Below are positions 9,628-18,381 of a stretch of DNA of 45,785 nucleotides, one piece after another. Below the pieces are notes generated by a model. The model searched no databases. It was given only the letters and a program-made list of their open reading frames with translations, and had not been told where the DNA came from. The stretch is from Rhizomicrobium sp. Lineage in GTDB: Bacteria > Pseudomonadota > Alphaproteobacteria > Micropepsales > Micropepsaceae. The stretch lies in NCBI GenBank assembly GCA_035281345.1, contig DATEEB010000270.1, forward strand, positions 1-45,785, read 5' to 3'. Position 1 is the stretch's first letter, and each line of letters starts with the position of its first letter. Both the position numbers and the translations under genes were made by a program.

Positions 9628-11085
9628 ATGAGCGTTCCGCTAACCGGCATTCTGCTGATTCCACTGGGCTTGCTCCTGGCGGCCATGCCGTGGCGTTACG
9701 CCCTGGCCGGTTTGATGGTCTTTGCCATGCTGTCGCCGGCCGCGGTGGTCAATGCGGGAAATTTCGGTCTGCAGCCGGGATATTTCCTGGCGCTTCTGCT
9801 GATCGGCCGCACGATAGTCCAGATCATGACGGATCGTTTCACCTTGAACCGCATTGTGCTGTCCAAGATGCTGCCGCTGTTCTGGTTCCTGGCGCTCTGC
9901 TTCATGGTGCTCTTCATCGCGCTTTGCTTCTTTCAAGGCAGTGTGGAGACCTTGTCCGGCAGTTCCGGTTTCAAGTCCGGGATGATCCGGCCTTTCCAAT
10001 TGGCGCGCGAGAATTTCACCCAGCTCTTTTATTTGATCGTGAATATCTGCCTGGTCTATGCGCTGGCGCATGGGGGGCTGCGTCACGAACCGGAGAAGCT
10101 GCCGCAAGTCTGGGACAGGGCGATTGTCTGCGGTTTGGTTTTTTCGGTGCTGGTCTGCCTGTGGCAATTTGCGAGCCTGTATGGCGCGCTCCCATTCCCG
10201 TCGGATTTCTTCTATTCCAACGCCGGTTATGGCCGGGCCGACAGCCAATCCATGGTCGGCCTGTTCCGCATCAACGGGTCCTTCGAAGAGCCTTCGACCT
10301 TGGGCTATACCTTTACCGGTTATTTGCTTTACGCTTGGGGCCGCTATGGATTGCGCCCCACCGGCGCCAATCTGGCGATGATCGCGGCATCCGTCTTCTG
10401 CCTCTTGGTGTCGACCTCGACCACCGCATTCTTGGGCCTGTTTCTGTTTTTCTGTGTCGCGGCCTTCGATGTGATGACCGGGCGGGCGCGGCTTTTTCCG
10501 GGGAAAGGCCAACTCACCAGCGGCTATTTGCTCGCAATAGCCCTCATCGTCGCGGCGGGGCTCGCCTTCTTGGCGGTACTGGCGGCGAACTGGGCGGCCA
10601 TCGAGATTATTCTGCGCAACACGCTCTTCAACAAAATCGGCAGCACCTCGTTCCAGCAACGCAGCTTTGCGGACTCTCTGGCGCTGCAAATATTCGCCCA
10701 GACCGGCGGCATCGGCGTGGGCTTGGGCAGTCACAAAGCCAACAGCCTGCTTCTCACATTGCTGTCCAATCTGGGAATTGTTGGCGTGGTCTTGTTCGGG
10801 GCTTTTGTCCTGGGTGTGCTCAAGTGGAAAGCGCCGGCCTCGCCGCATGGCCGCCCCGGCGAATTTTCCGTCCGACCTTTCCAGCTTGGCCTATCGGGAT
10901 TTTTGGCCATTCATCTCTTTTCAAATCCCAACCTGAGTGTCCTGACCTTGTGGCTGGCGATCGGCAGCATGCTGGGCTTGCAGGCCTGGGCGGCGCGCTA
11001 CCAGGCCCCAAAGGCCGCCGGCCGCCAGCGCGAATTTGCACGCGCGGGGAGCGAGCCGGAAAGACCGCTTCACGCGCCTACGTAA
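9628..11085 (+). CDS. wzy: Wzy-type polymerase / O-antigen ligase family membrane protein
   Basis: 485 aa with about 12 TM segments. RINGSFEEPS, STSTT, GIGVGLGS, and cluster context. Confidence 0.75.
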   Translation: MSVPLTGILLIPLGLLLAAMPWRYALAGLMVFAMLSPAAVVNAGNFGLQPGYFLALLLIGRTIVQIMTDRFTLNRIVLSKMLPLFWFLALCFMVLFIALCFFQGSVETLSGSSGFKSGMIRPFQLARENFTQLFYLIVNICLVYALAHGGLRHEPEKLPQVWDRAIVCGLVFSVLVCLWQFASLYGALPFPSDFFYSNAGYGRADSQSMVGLFRINGSFEEPSTLGYTFTGYLLYAWGRYGLRPTGANLAMIAASVFCLLVSTSTTAFLGLFLFFCVAAFDVMTGRARLFPGKGQLTSGYLLAIALIVAAGLAFLAVLAANWAAIEIILRNTLFNKIGSTSFQQRSFADSLALQIFAQTGGIGVGLGSHKANSLLLTLLSNLGIVGVVLFGAFVLGVLKWKAPASPHGRPGEFSVRPFQLGLSGFLAIHLFSNPNLSVLTLWLAIGSMLGLQAWAARYQAPKAAGRQREFARAGSEPERPLHAPT

Positions 11086-13355
11086 TAAGAGCGGGCATAC
11101 TCGTAAGGCAGCGCGCCTTGGCCGTAATATTTGTATTTGCGCGCATCCACTTGGGACATGACGGTGCCTATCAACGGTGCCTTGGCGGCACGCAGTTTTT
11201 TGATGGCGTCCAGCACCAGATGCCGCGGGGTGGTGGCCCACTTCACCAGCAGGATGGCGGAATCCACCATGCCGCCCAGGTGCAGCGCATCAGCGACAAT
11301 CGAGGCGGGGGGCGTATCGAGCAGGACCAAGTCGTACTGTGTACTGAGGGTATGCAAGAGCGTGGCCATGCGCGCGGAGCCCAGCATTTCCACTGCGCCG
11401 TGATCGGGCTCTCCGGCGGGAATGAAGTGCATGCCACTGGCAACGTCCAGGCCAATCACCTCTTCCAGCGTGGCACGGCCCATCAGTAAGTCCGCCAGGC
11501 CTTTGGACGGCATGGATTGCAGATCGCGGCTGAATTTCGGCCGCCGCATCTCGGCTTCGACTACGATGGTGCGTTTGCCGGTGAAGGCGCTTTGGCGGCC
11601 CAGCATCAGGGCAAAGGTGGTCTTGCCCTCGCCCGGCGCGGCGGAGGTGATCATCACCACCTTCGATAGCCGGTCGGCGCGCGATGTCGTGATCGCCGCC
11701 CGCGTCAGACGCAAGGACTCCGAAACCGCCGATGACGGCTGGGTTATCATCAGGCTGGAAACCGGAACCGAGGGACGCCTCAAGGCGGATCGGTTGAAGA
11801 CGAGACTGGAGCGCGTTCGCGCATCCAAGGTCATGCCCAGCACATTCAGGCCGGTGGCTTCCTCCAGATCACCGCTGCCATGGAACGAGTGGTCCATCGC
11901 TTCCAAGGCATAGACAAGGCCCATCGCGATCATCAGCGCCGCAAGCGAGATGACCGCCATGGACATGGAAGTATTGGGAAAGCTGGGCCAATCCGGCGTA
12001 CTGGCATACTGCACGACGCGGCCGCGCGCGGTCGGCACGCCATTCTGCGCCGCGGCGCGATAGACGCCCTGCACAAAGGCATCATAGACCGCCTTCGCCG
12101 CCGTCTGGGCGGAGCTGAGCTGGCGCAGCTGCGGCAAGGTCTTGTTCTCTCCCGCCCGCGCCGCGGCAAGCTGATCGATCCGGGTCTGCAACTGCCGTTC
12201 ATTGATCTGGGATTGGCGCACCTGCACATCGAATTGCTGGACAGCGCGGCCAACCTCTTGGCCAAGACGCAGCCGCAATTCTTCCAATTGCTTTTTTGCG
12301 GACGCGACCAAGGGGTGACGCTCGCCATAGGTGCCTTGCAGCGATGCCAATTGGGCAGCGGCGGCCGCTTCCTGCGCGCGCAGGCCTTCCACCAACGGCG
12401 CCGCCGCGACGGCGGGCGAAGATAAAGTCTGGCTGGAATCGCGCGCCAGGCGGCGCACTTCCTGCTGCGCCGCTTCCAGTTTCGTGCGGGCCGTCCGGGC
12501 GGAGGCCAGTTCCAGACCCAGGCTCTGCACTTCCTGCAAGACCAGCGTGTTGCTTTCGTCCTGCGAGCCGGAAAGATTCAGGATATGCTTGGCGTCCTTA
12601 TAATCTTCAACCGCGGTGTCGGCGCGCGCCACCTCCTTGCCAAGCTGCTGTAGGCGCGGCTTCAACGAGATCATGGCGCGATCGGCTTCGGCCACTTTTT
12701 CGTCGATCTGCATCTGCATGTACTCGTTCGCCCAGAGATTGGCGAGACGGCTTGCCTTTTTCGGGTCGGTGGATGTGACGTCGAGCTTGACGGCATAGGT
12801 CTTGGGGTCGGGGATGACCGCAAAGGCTTTCAACACCCGGCTGGCCACACCATATTGCAACTGCTCGGCGTTCAAGCGGCCGGCATCGGGCTTGCGGCAA
12901 GACAGCTTGACTTGCAGGAAGCCCGGCAGAATCCGGGCCGGCAGGCAGACAAAAGCATTGGACCGCAGCGGCTGCAGATACCGGTTGAATTCCGGATCCT
13001 GCATCAGGTTGGCCCGGACAATGACCCGATCCACCAGCGTGCGTGACCGCAAGGCTTCGATCTCGCTGCGGACGACGGGATCGGAAGGCTGGGTATTCAT
13101 GTAAGGCTGCTGCATATCGACCACGCCATCCTGGCGGGCCGACAGAACCAGGACCACGGTGGCGTGATAGGCGGGCGTCAGAGACTTCAGGATGACGAAG
13201 CCCAGCGCGGCAATCAAAAAGAACACCGACAGGAAAACGGCGCGGCGGCGCCAGAGTACGCTCAATATATGCGAGACGCGCACGCTGTCCTCGCCCCGCG
13301 GCGGCGCAGGCGTCTCCAGCGGAATAAGTTTGGGAGCTTCGATGGGAAGGGTCAT
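11070..13355 (-). CDS. wzc: Wzc/ExoP polysaccharide co-polymerase, tyrosine autokinase
   Basis: Two TMs flank a coiled-coil periplasmic region. Walker A APGEGKTT, Walker B LLDTPP, C-terminal Tyr cluster YKYYGQGALPYEYARSYY. Confidence 0.93.
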   Translation of the reverse strand: MTLPIEAPKLIPLETPAPPRGEDSVRVSHILSVLWRRRAVFLSVFFLIAALGFVILKSLTPAYHATVVLVLSARQDGVVDMQQPYMNTQPSDPVVRSEIEALRSRTLVDRVIVRANLMQDPEFNRYLQPLRSNAFVCLPARILPGFLQVKLSCRKPDAGRLNAEQLQYGVASRVLKAFAVIPDPKTYAVKLDVTSTDPKKASRLANLWANEYMQMQIDEKVAEADRAMISLKPRLQQLGKEVARADTAVEDYKDAKHILNLSGSQDESNTLVLQEVQSLGLELASARTARTKLEAAQQEVRRLARDSSQTLSSPAVAAAPLVEGLRAQEAAAAAQLASLQGTYGERHPLVASAKKQLEELRLRLGQEVGRAVQQFDVQVRQSQINERQLQTRIDQLAAARAGENKTLPQLRQLSSAQTAAKAVYDAFVQGVYRAAAQNGVPTARGRVVQYASTPDWPSFPNTSMSMAVISLAALMIAMGLVYALEAMDHSFHGSGDLEEATGLNVLGMTLDARTRSSLVFNRSALRRPSVPVSSLMITQPSSAVSESLRLTRAAITTSRADRLSKVVMITSAAPGEGKTTFALMLGRQSAFTGKRTIVVEAEMRRPKFSRDLQSMPSKGLADLLMGRATLEEVIGLDVASGMHFIPAGEPDHGAVEMLGSARMATLLHTLSTQYDLVLLDTPPASIVADALHLGGMVDSAILLVKWATTPRHLVLDAIKKLRAAKAPLIGTVMSQVDARKYKYYGQGALPYEYARSYYVGA

Positions 13356-13411
13356 TGGCGCTTGCTCGGCTTTCTAACGGCTCAAAACGCCGCGCCACCA
13401 TGGCGACGACT

Positions 13412-13429
13412 TTGTCACATTAGTGTCAT
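13412..13429 (+). promoter_or_regulatory. Pho box (best two-unit match) in the wzc / secreted-protein divergent region
   Basis: TTGTCAC-ATTA-GTGTCAT: 11-bp direct repeat with an A/T spacer. Confidence 0.6.
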
Positions 13430-13550
13430 CAAACTCTTTTGCGGAATGCATTCTACAATATCGCAATCGCGCGCCGGACTAAAGCTGAACAGCGAAGTTT
13501 GCTTAAGCGACATGATGGCCCGATGGATTTAATCCCGTTTTATTCCGCGC

Positions 13551-13612
13551 CTGTCATACGCACGACGCACTAGCGTTACATTGTTTCAGTAAGCATTCCC
13601 GGACGCTGTCAT
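13551..13612 (+). promoter_or_regulatory. Phased Pho-like heptamers upstream of the secreted HAF-like gene
   Basis: CTGTCAT (13551), ACGACGC (13562), GCGTTAC (13573) and CTGTCAT (13606): offsets 11, 22 and 55 bp. Confidence 0.45.
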
Positions 13613-13631
13613 CAGCAAGCAAGGGGACGCC

Positions 13632-15074
13632 ATGTTCACGAAAGTATTGCCGCGACTTTCCACCAAGTATCGCCGCGCTGCGGCTGTATGCGCCCTGGTT
13701 GCAGCGGCGTTTTCCTCGCAACAGGTGATTGCCCAGCCGGTGGTTCTGCTGGCGCCTCCCGGCTCCGTGAAAAAGGTGGTCAACGGCAAATTCGCCGCTC
13801 AGGTGGACAATGGCTGGGTGATCTATCAGGGCACTCAAGGCCAACCGACCTTGAATTTTTACGACGCCGATGACCAAGGCAGCTTCAAGCTCAAGACGGG
13901 CGGCTTCGGCCAAGGTGGTGCCGGCCTGTTCTTTAACGCCGGCGGCATTGTGTTCGCCCCCTGCCCCGTGGGTCCCGCCCCCTCGCGCTGCTCGGATAGT
14001 GATTCGGGCCCATCCGGCGTGGGCATCGGCTTCGGCCAAGCCACTTTCGGCGGCGCCGGCGGCGCAGCCGGCGGCTGGGTCAGCGACAATACCATGACGG
14101 CCCATCTGACCAATCCCGATCAAACCCCCGGCTCCATCGCCGCCTTGGCGATCGATGCCGTTAATGGCGCGCATGCGGTGGGCTGGGACATCAATCCTTC
14201 CAATTTTCAAACCCACGCCATCGTCTGGCACTTGGATTCCGCCGGCCAGACATACGCGCCCGTTTCGCGCACCGATCTGGGCACCCTGGGCGGCTCGTTC
14301 AGTCAGGCCTTGGGTATCAGCAAGAATGCCCGTTATGTCGTGGGCATGGCCAACAATGCCGCCAACAAGGGCCGCGCGGTTTATGCGCTGAGCACCGATA
14401 CGGCCTGGACGGACATCACCACCGGCTTTCCCGCCGAGGTGATCAAGAGCCGGGCTTTTGCCGCCAGCAACACCGGCTATGTCGCCGGCTCCGCCACCGT
14501 CAAGCGGATGATCAGCGGCATGAAGAAGTCGGTGGATATCGGTTTTGTCTACAACACCAATGACGGCACGGTGAAATTCTTCGAAGCCCCTGGTTACAAC
14601 GTCATTCCCCAACAGGTTCTGGCGGATGGGCGCGTGGTGGGGAATCTGGAGCTTTCCGCGCCCGGCACCATCAAGGTCTATCACCCCTTCCTGTTCAACG
14701 GCGTCAGTCTGGTGGACTTCGGCACCATGGTGCTGCCCTCGACCGGTCTGCCCGCCTATGGCTGCCGCGTCAACCGCCCCAACAGCCTTGGCGAATTGGC
14801 GGGCAGCTGCATTCCAGACAACAGCACGCCCTATGGCGTGGGCGGCGCGGCCTTCTATCTCGATGCCGCCAGCGCCTCGCCCGTCTTCGTGGACGTGAAT
14901 GCCGCGATACATGCCAATGCCGACGCCAGCACGCCCGGGCTGGCGCCTTACACTATCGGCTCGGTGACTTCGATCGACGACCAGCATGAGATCACCGTGA
15001 TGGCGGTCAAGCTTGTCAGCGGCACGCCCAATATCGCGGCGTTCCTGGCATCCAAGCCCGCCTACAATCCCTGA
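13632..15074 (+). CDS. Secreted Gly-rich protein with HAF-type extracellular repeats (probable beta-propeller)
   Basis: Signal peptide (RRAAAVCALVAAAFSSQQVIA). TDLGTLGGSFSQALGISKNARYVVG, HPFLFNGVSLVDFGTM. RBS AGGGG. Confidence 0.7.
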   Translation: MFTKVLPRLSTKYRRAAAVCALVAAAFSSQQVIAQPVVLLAPPGSVKKVVNGKFAAQVDNGWVIYQGTQGQPTLNFYDADDQGSFKLKTGGFGQGGAGLFFNAGGIVFAPCPVGPAPSRCSDSDSGPSGVGIGFGQATFGGAGGAAGGWVSDNTMTAHLTNPDQTPGSIAALAIDAVNGAHAVGWDINPSNFQTHAIVWHLDSAGQTYAPVSRTDLGTLGGSFSQALGISKNARYVVGMANNAANKGRAVYALSTDTAWTDITTGFPAEVIKSRAFAASNTGYVAGSATVKRMISGMKKSVDIGFVYNTNDGTVKFFEAPGYNVIPQQVLADGRVVGNLELSAPGTIKVYHPFLFNGVSLVDFGTMVLPSTGLPAYGCRVNRPNSLGELAGSCIPDNSTPYGVGGAAFYLDAASASPVFVDVNAAIHANADASTPGLAPYTIGSVTSIDDQHEITVMAVKLVSGTPNIAAFLASKPAYNP

Positions 15075-15145
15075 GCCGGATAGCAGGACGGAAACACCTG
15101 ATGTCCTACGCGGCCAAGCTGCCGGCGTATGGCTGCGGTCTGAGC

Positions 15146-16159
15146 ATGACTAAGCTGCTGCGGGCCGGGACTCTGATTGCCGCGTTCGGTTTCACGGCGA
15201 CACCGCTTGCGGCACAATCTTTCGGAGTGGCGGTTCAGGTCAGCAATGGCAAACGCCTGCCGACCCAAGCGCAGCTGGAGGAAATTCTAAATCCCGGCGA
15301 TATGGTCCGCGACATGTTGGGCTGGCACAAGGCCGACCCTGCTTGCGATCTGGTCAGCAATCCGGCGCGTCAAATCGCGATTCCCGCCGCCATGATGACG
15401 CTGTATCAGCGCGTCGAAGCGGCGCAAGGAAAGAATTTTGTCACCTTGGGTTTCAACAATCGCGCTTGCGGCCAGGAGGTCAATTCCGGCGCCAAACTGT
15501 TTCCCGATACCCCGACGTTGCGCGCCGAGTTTGCTGCTTATGCCGCAGGTGTGGTGCGCCGGGTGCCCGCGCTTGGCGGCCTGTCGATCTGGAATGAGTT
15601 GAACGGCACCTGGAACGGCGGCGGCAAACCGATACCGCAACGGCTGGAGGATTATTGCCTCTTGACGAATGCGGTGATTGCCGAAGTGCGCAAGGTCGAC
15701 AAGGACATTCCCATCGCCATTGGGGCCACGACGGGTTGGAACATCGATAACTGGTTTATCGAAATGTTCGAAGACGCCGGATGCATGGGCAAGGGCGATC
15801 CCACCATCTGGCTGGATGTCCACCCTTATCTAAGCGGAAAGATCGTTGCGGGCACCGGCAAAAGTGATTTTCAAATGTGGCGAAACTCTATCGCCAACAT
15901 CCGCCGGGCCGGCATTGCCAATCCGCTGGTCGCCACGGAATGGGGCGCAAAGCCCGCCTATAATTGGCAGATCGCGCATCCCACCGGCGACTATATGACC
16001 ACATTCCAGGCGGAGGTCCTGTCGCGGGATGCCCGCTGGGCGGGCGCTTTCTGGTTTGAGATGCTTTACGACATCAAGGCGCCCAATGCGGGTCTTTATA
16101 ATAAGAGCGACCAGCTCACCGCTTTCGGGGCCCAATACCTCGCCGCGTTCCGCAATTAA
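15146..16159 (+). CDS. Secreted glycoside hydrolase, clan GH-A-like
   Basis: Signal peptide from ATG 15146 (alternative start 15101). IWNELNG (acid/base), DVHPY, ATEWG (nucleophile). Confidence 0.7.
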   Translation: MTKLLRAGTLIAAFGFTATPLAAQSFGVAVQVSNGKRLPTQAQLEEILNPGDMVRDMLGWHKADPACDLVSNPARQIAIPAAMMTLYQRVEAAQGKNFVTLGFNNRACGQEVNSGAKLFPDTPTLRAEFAAYAAGVVRRVPALGGLSIWNELNGTWNGGGKPIPQRLEDYCLLTNAVIAEVRKVDKDIPIAIGATTGWNIDNWFIEMFEDAGCMGKGDPTIWLDVHPYLSGKIVAGTGKSDFQMWRNSIANIRRAGIANPLVATEWGAKPAYNWQIAHPTGDYMTTFQAEVLSRDARWAGAFWFEMLYDIKAPNAGLYNKSDQLTAFGAQYLAAFRN

Positions 16160-16177
16160 CCGTCGCCGGCTCCTGCT

Positions 16178-16211
16178 TTGTGCAACGGCTGTCACATTGA
16201 CGCCCTACCCT
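16178..16211 (+). promoter_or_regulatory. Pho-box-like leaderless promoter of the GT4 at 16218
   Basis: TTGTGCA-ACGG-CTGTCAC, then 10 nt, then TACCCT, then 6 nt to ATG. No SD sequence. Confidence 0.55.
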
Positions 16212-16217
16212 TAGGGT

Positions 16218-17429
16218 ATGCGACCGGCTGCCGCGCCACAAAATCCCAACTCCCTCAAGATCTGCTTCATTCTGGAGCCCTTGCATGCCGGCGTGGGCCG
16301 GCATGTGGTGGATGTGGCGCGCGACTTGGCCGGGCGCGGACATGACATTCATGTCGTCTATTCGCCGGTACGGCTGGAGCCGGAATTTCTCGCAGATCTT
16401 TCCAACAACCCGCGCATCCATTGTCACGCCGTCCGGATGATGCCGGGCCTGGGTGCCGGCGACTTCGCCGCCTTTTGGCGGATACTGCATTATGTGAGGG
16501 CCAACGGCCCCTTCGACATTGTGCATGGCCAAAGCTCCAAGGGCGGCGGTTTCGCGCGGCTGCTGAAGATTTTCGGGGCCCGCGCCGTGTTCTATTCGCC
16601 TCACGCTTTTGTCACCTTTTCTCCGCTTTTGCCGCCTGCAAAAAAGCTGATTTTCAGAAGCATCGAGGTTCTACTGTCGGGCCTCAGCGACAAGATCATC
16701 TGTTCGTCACAGGACGAGCGCGAACACGCCGTCGCCCTGGGCATTGCGCCGCAAAAACTGGTTGTGGCGGTCAATGGCCGCACACCCGGCCCTGTGCCTG
16801 AGCGCGCGCAGCTGCGCGCCGAGCTGGGTTTTTCGGACAGCGCAATTGTGGTCGGATTTGTCGGGCGGCTGGAAACGCAAAAAGCGCCGCATAGATTGAT
16901 CGAAGCCTGTTTGCGGCTGTTTCCCGAATTGCCCCAGCTGCATCTCTTAATGATAGGCGACGGCCCCTTGCGGCCGCGGCTGGAAGCGCGCGTGCGGGAG
17001 ACAGGTCTGTGCCATCGCGTGACCTGGCTGGGCGCTGTGGACGGCGCGCAACATATGCCGGCCATGGACATGCTCGCCATGCCGTCCATCTATGAAGGCT
17101 TTGCCTATGTGCTCCTGGAGGCCTTGCATGCGGGGCTCCCGGTCGTCGCCACGCCCGTCGGCGGGGTCAAGGAAAGCATTGTGCCGGGCAAGAACGGCAT
17201 CATCGTGCCGCATGAACCCGTCGCGCCGCTGGTTGCGGCTTTGCGAAGGCTGGGGCTCGATACGGAGTTGCGCCATGCCATGGCGCGAGCGGCACGCGAA
17301 CGCGCCACCGATTTTTCGGTTTCACGCATGACCGACCGCTTGGAGGCGCTTTACCGGCAACAGGTCCAAGCCAAGCCCCGGCCTCGCAAGCCCATGCCTG
17401 TGGAACTCCCGGCGCGAACGGCGGTCTAG
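16218..17429 (+). CDS. Glycosyltransferase family 4
   Basis: AGVGRHV, HGQSSKGG, FVGRLETQKAP, PSIYEGFAYVLLEALHAGLPVVATPVGG. Confidence 0.93.
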   Translation: MRPAAAPQNPNSLKICFILEPLHAGVGRHVVDVARDLAGRGHDIHVVYSPVRLEPEFLADLSNNPRIHCHAVRMMPGLGAGDFAAFWRILHYVRANGPFDIVHGQSSKGGGFARLLKIFGARAVFYSPHAFVTFSPLLPPAKKLIFRSIEVLLSGLSDKIICSSQDEREHAVALGIAPQKLVVAVNGRTPGPVPERAQLRAELGFSDSAIVVGFVGRLETQKAPHRLIEACLRLFPELPQLHLLMIGDGPLRPRLEARVRETGLCHRVTWLGAVDGAQHMPAMDMLAMPSIYEGFAYVLLEALHAGLPVVATPVGGVKESIVPGKNGIIVPHEPVAPLVAALRRLGLDTELRHAMARAARERATDFSVSRMTDRLEALYRQQVQAKPRPRKPMPVELPARTAV

Positions 17430-18301
17430 GCGCTCAAGGGCCTGAAGGACCGGTTGATGGTGCGCCGGACCAATTGATAAAGCGGTCTGCCGCGGCGCTT
17501 CAAAGGCTGGGCGAGCCCTGTTTTCAGGCGGCGAAATTTTGCTTCCAGGACAGCGACAAGGCGATTGCGGCCCGCCGCAACCACAATGCGCCGGACTTCC
17601 TCGACCGTTCGTCCAAATTGCAGATTGGACACCCCGTCATGGGTCATATGACCGACCACACCGGAGCAATAGACGCCCCTTCCACCCGAACCATGCAGAC
17701 GCAGCAGCCAATCATAGTCCATGGCGTTGCGGTAAATCGGATCGAACAGCCCGACGCGCGCAAAGCAATCGCGCGCCGCGAGCAAAGTGGGATGGCCGAC
17801 CGACGGCCAGCGCCGGTGGATCACTTTGGCATAGTTGGGATCGCCCTGGTAGCGGAACACAGGACGGTCATTCTCATAGAAAATCAAATCGCCAAATACA
17901 AAGTCCGCGGCGGCGTCTTTCAGAGCGGTCACCGACCGCTCGATCTGATCGGGGGAAAGCCAATCATCGGCATTCAGGATCAAGACGAAACGGCCCCGCG
18001 CCAGCGCCACGCCCTTGTTAAAGGCATCGCTGATACCGCGGTCTTTCTCGCTGATCCAAAAATCTTGCGGCCGGGCCATCCGCCGAATGATGTCCAAGCT
18101 GGCGTCGGTCGAACCGCCATCCACAAACACATGCTCGATGGACGCAAAAGTCTGCGCCTGAACGCTGGCGATGGTTCGTTCCAAACTGTGTGCGGCATTC
18201 AGGCAAACGGTGACGATCGATACCAAGGGCGCGGCTTCGCGCGGCAGTGCATCGCGCTTCGTCGCATAACTGTCATAATCGGCCAAGGTCGGCGGCGACA
18301 T
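17426..18301 (-). CDS. Glycosyltransferase family 2 (WcaE-like)
   Basis: VSIVTVCLN, VDGGSTD, SEKDRGISDAFNKG, LNADD, MDYDWLLR. Confidence 0.92.
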   Translation of the reverse strand: MSPPTLADYDSYATKRDALPREAAPLVSIVTVCLNAAHSLERTIASVQAQTFASIEHVFVDGGSTDASLDIIRRMARPQDFWISEKDRGISDAFNKGVALARGRFVLILNADDWLSPDQIERSVTALKDAAADFVFGDLIFYENDRPVFRYQGDPNYAKVIHRRWPSVGHPTLLAARDCFARVGLFDPIYRNAMDYDWLLRLHGSGGRGVYCSGVVGHMTHDGVSNLQFGRTVEEVRRIVVAAGRNRLVAVLEAKFRRLKTGLAQPLKRRGRPLYQLVRRTINRSFRPLSA

Positions 18302-18381
18302 CAGAACATCATGGTTTGGTTTCGCGCGATCCTATCATGGCGCAGATAGGCGAGGTATATTTACCTGCAGGAATATCGCTC

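Noticed and set aside
9618-11489. Long alternative-frame or antisense ORFs (also 13554-14987, 28221-29729, 33846-35870 and others)
   Set aside because: These are expected in high-GC DNA, fully overlap well-supported genes and have no recognisable motifs.
13632-15074. PEP-CTERM/exosortase system
   Set aside because: No PEP-CTERM tail on any secreted protein and no exosortase gene in the window.
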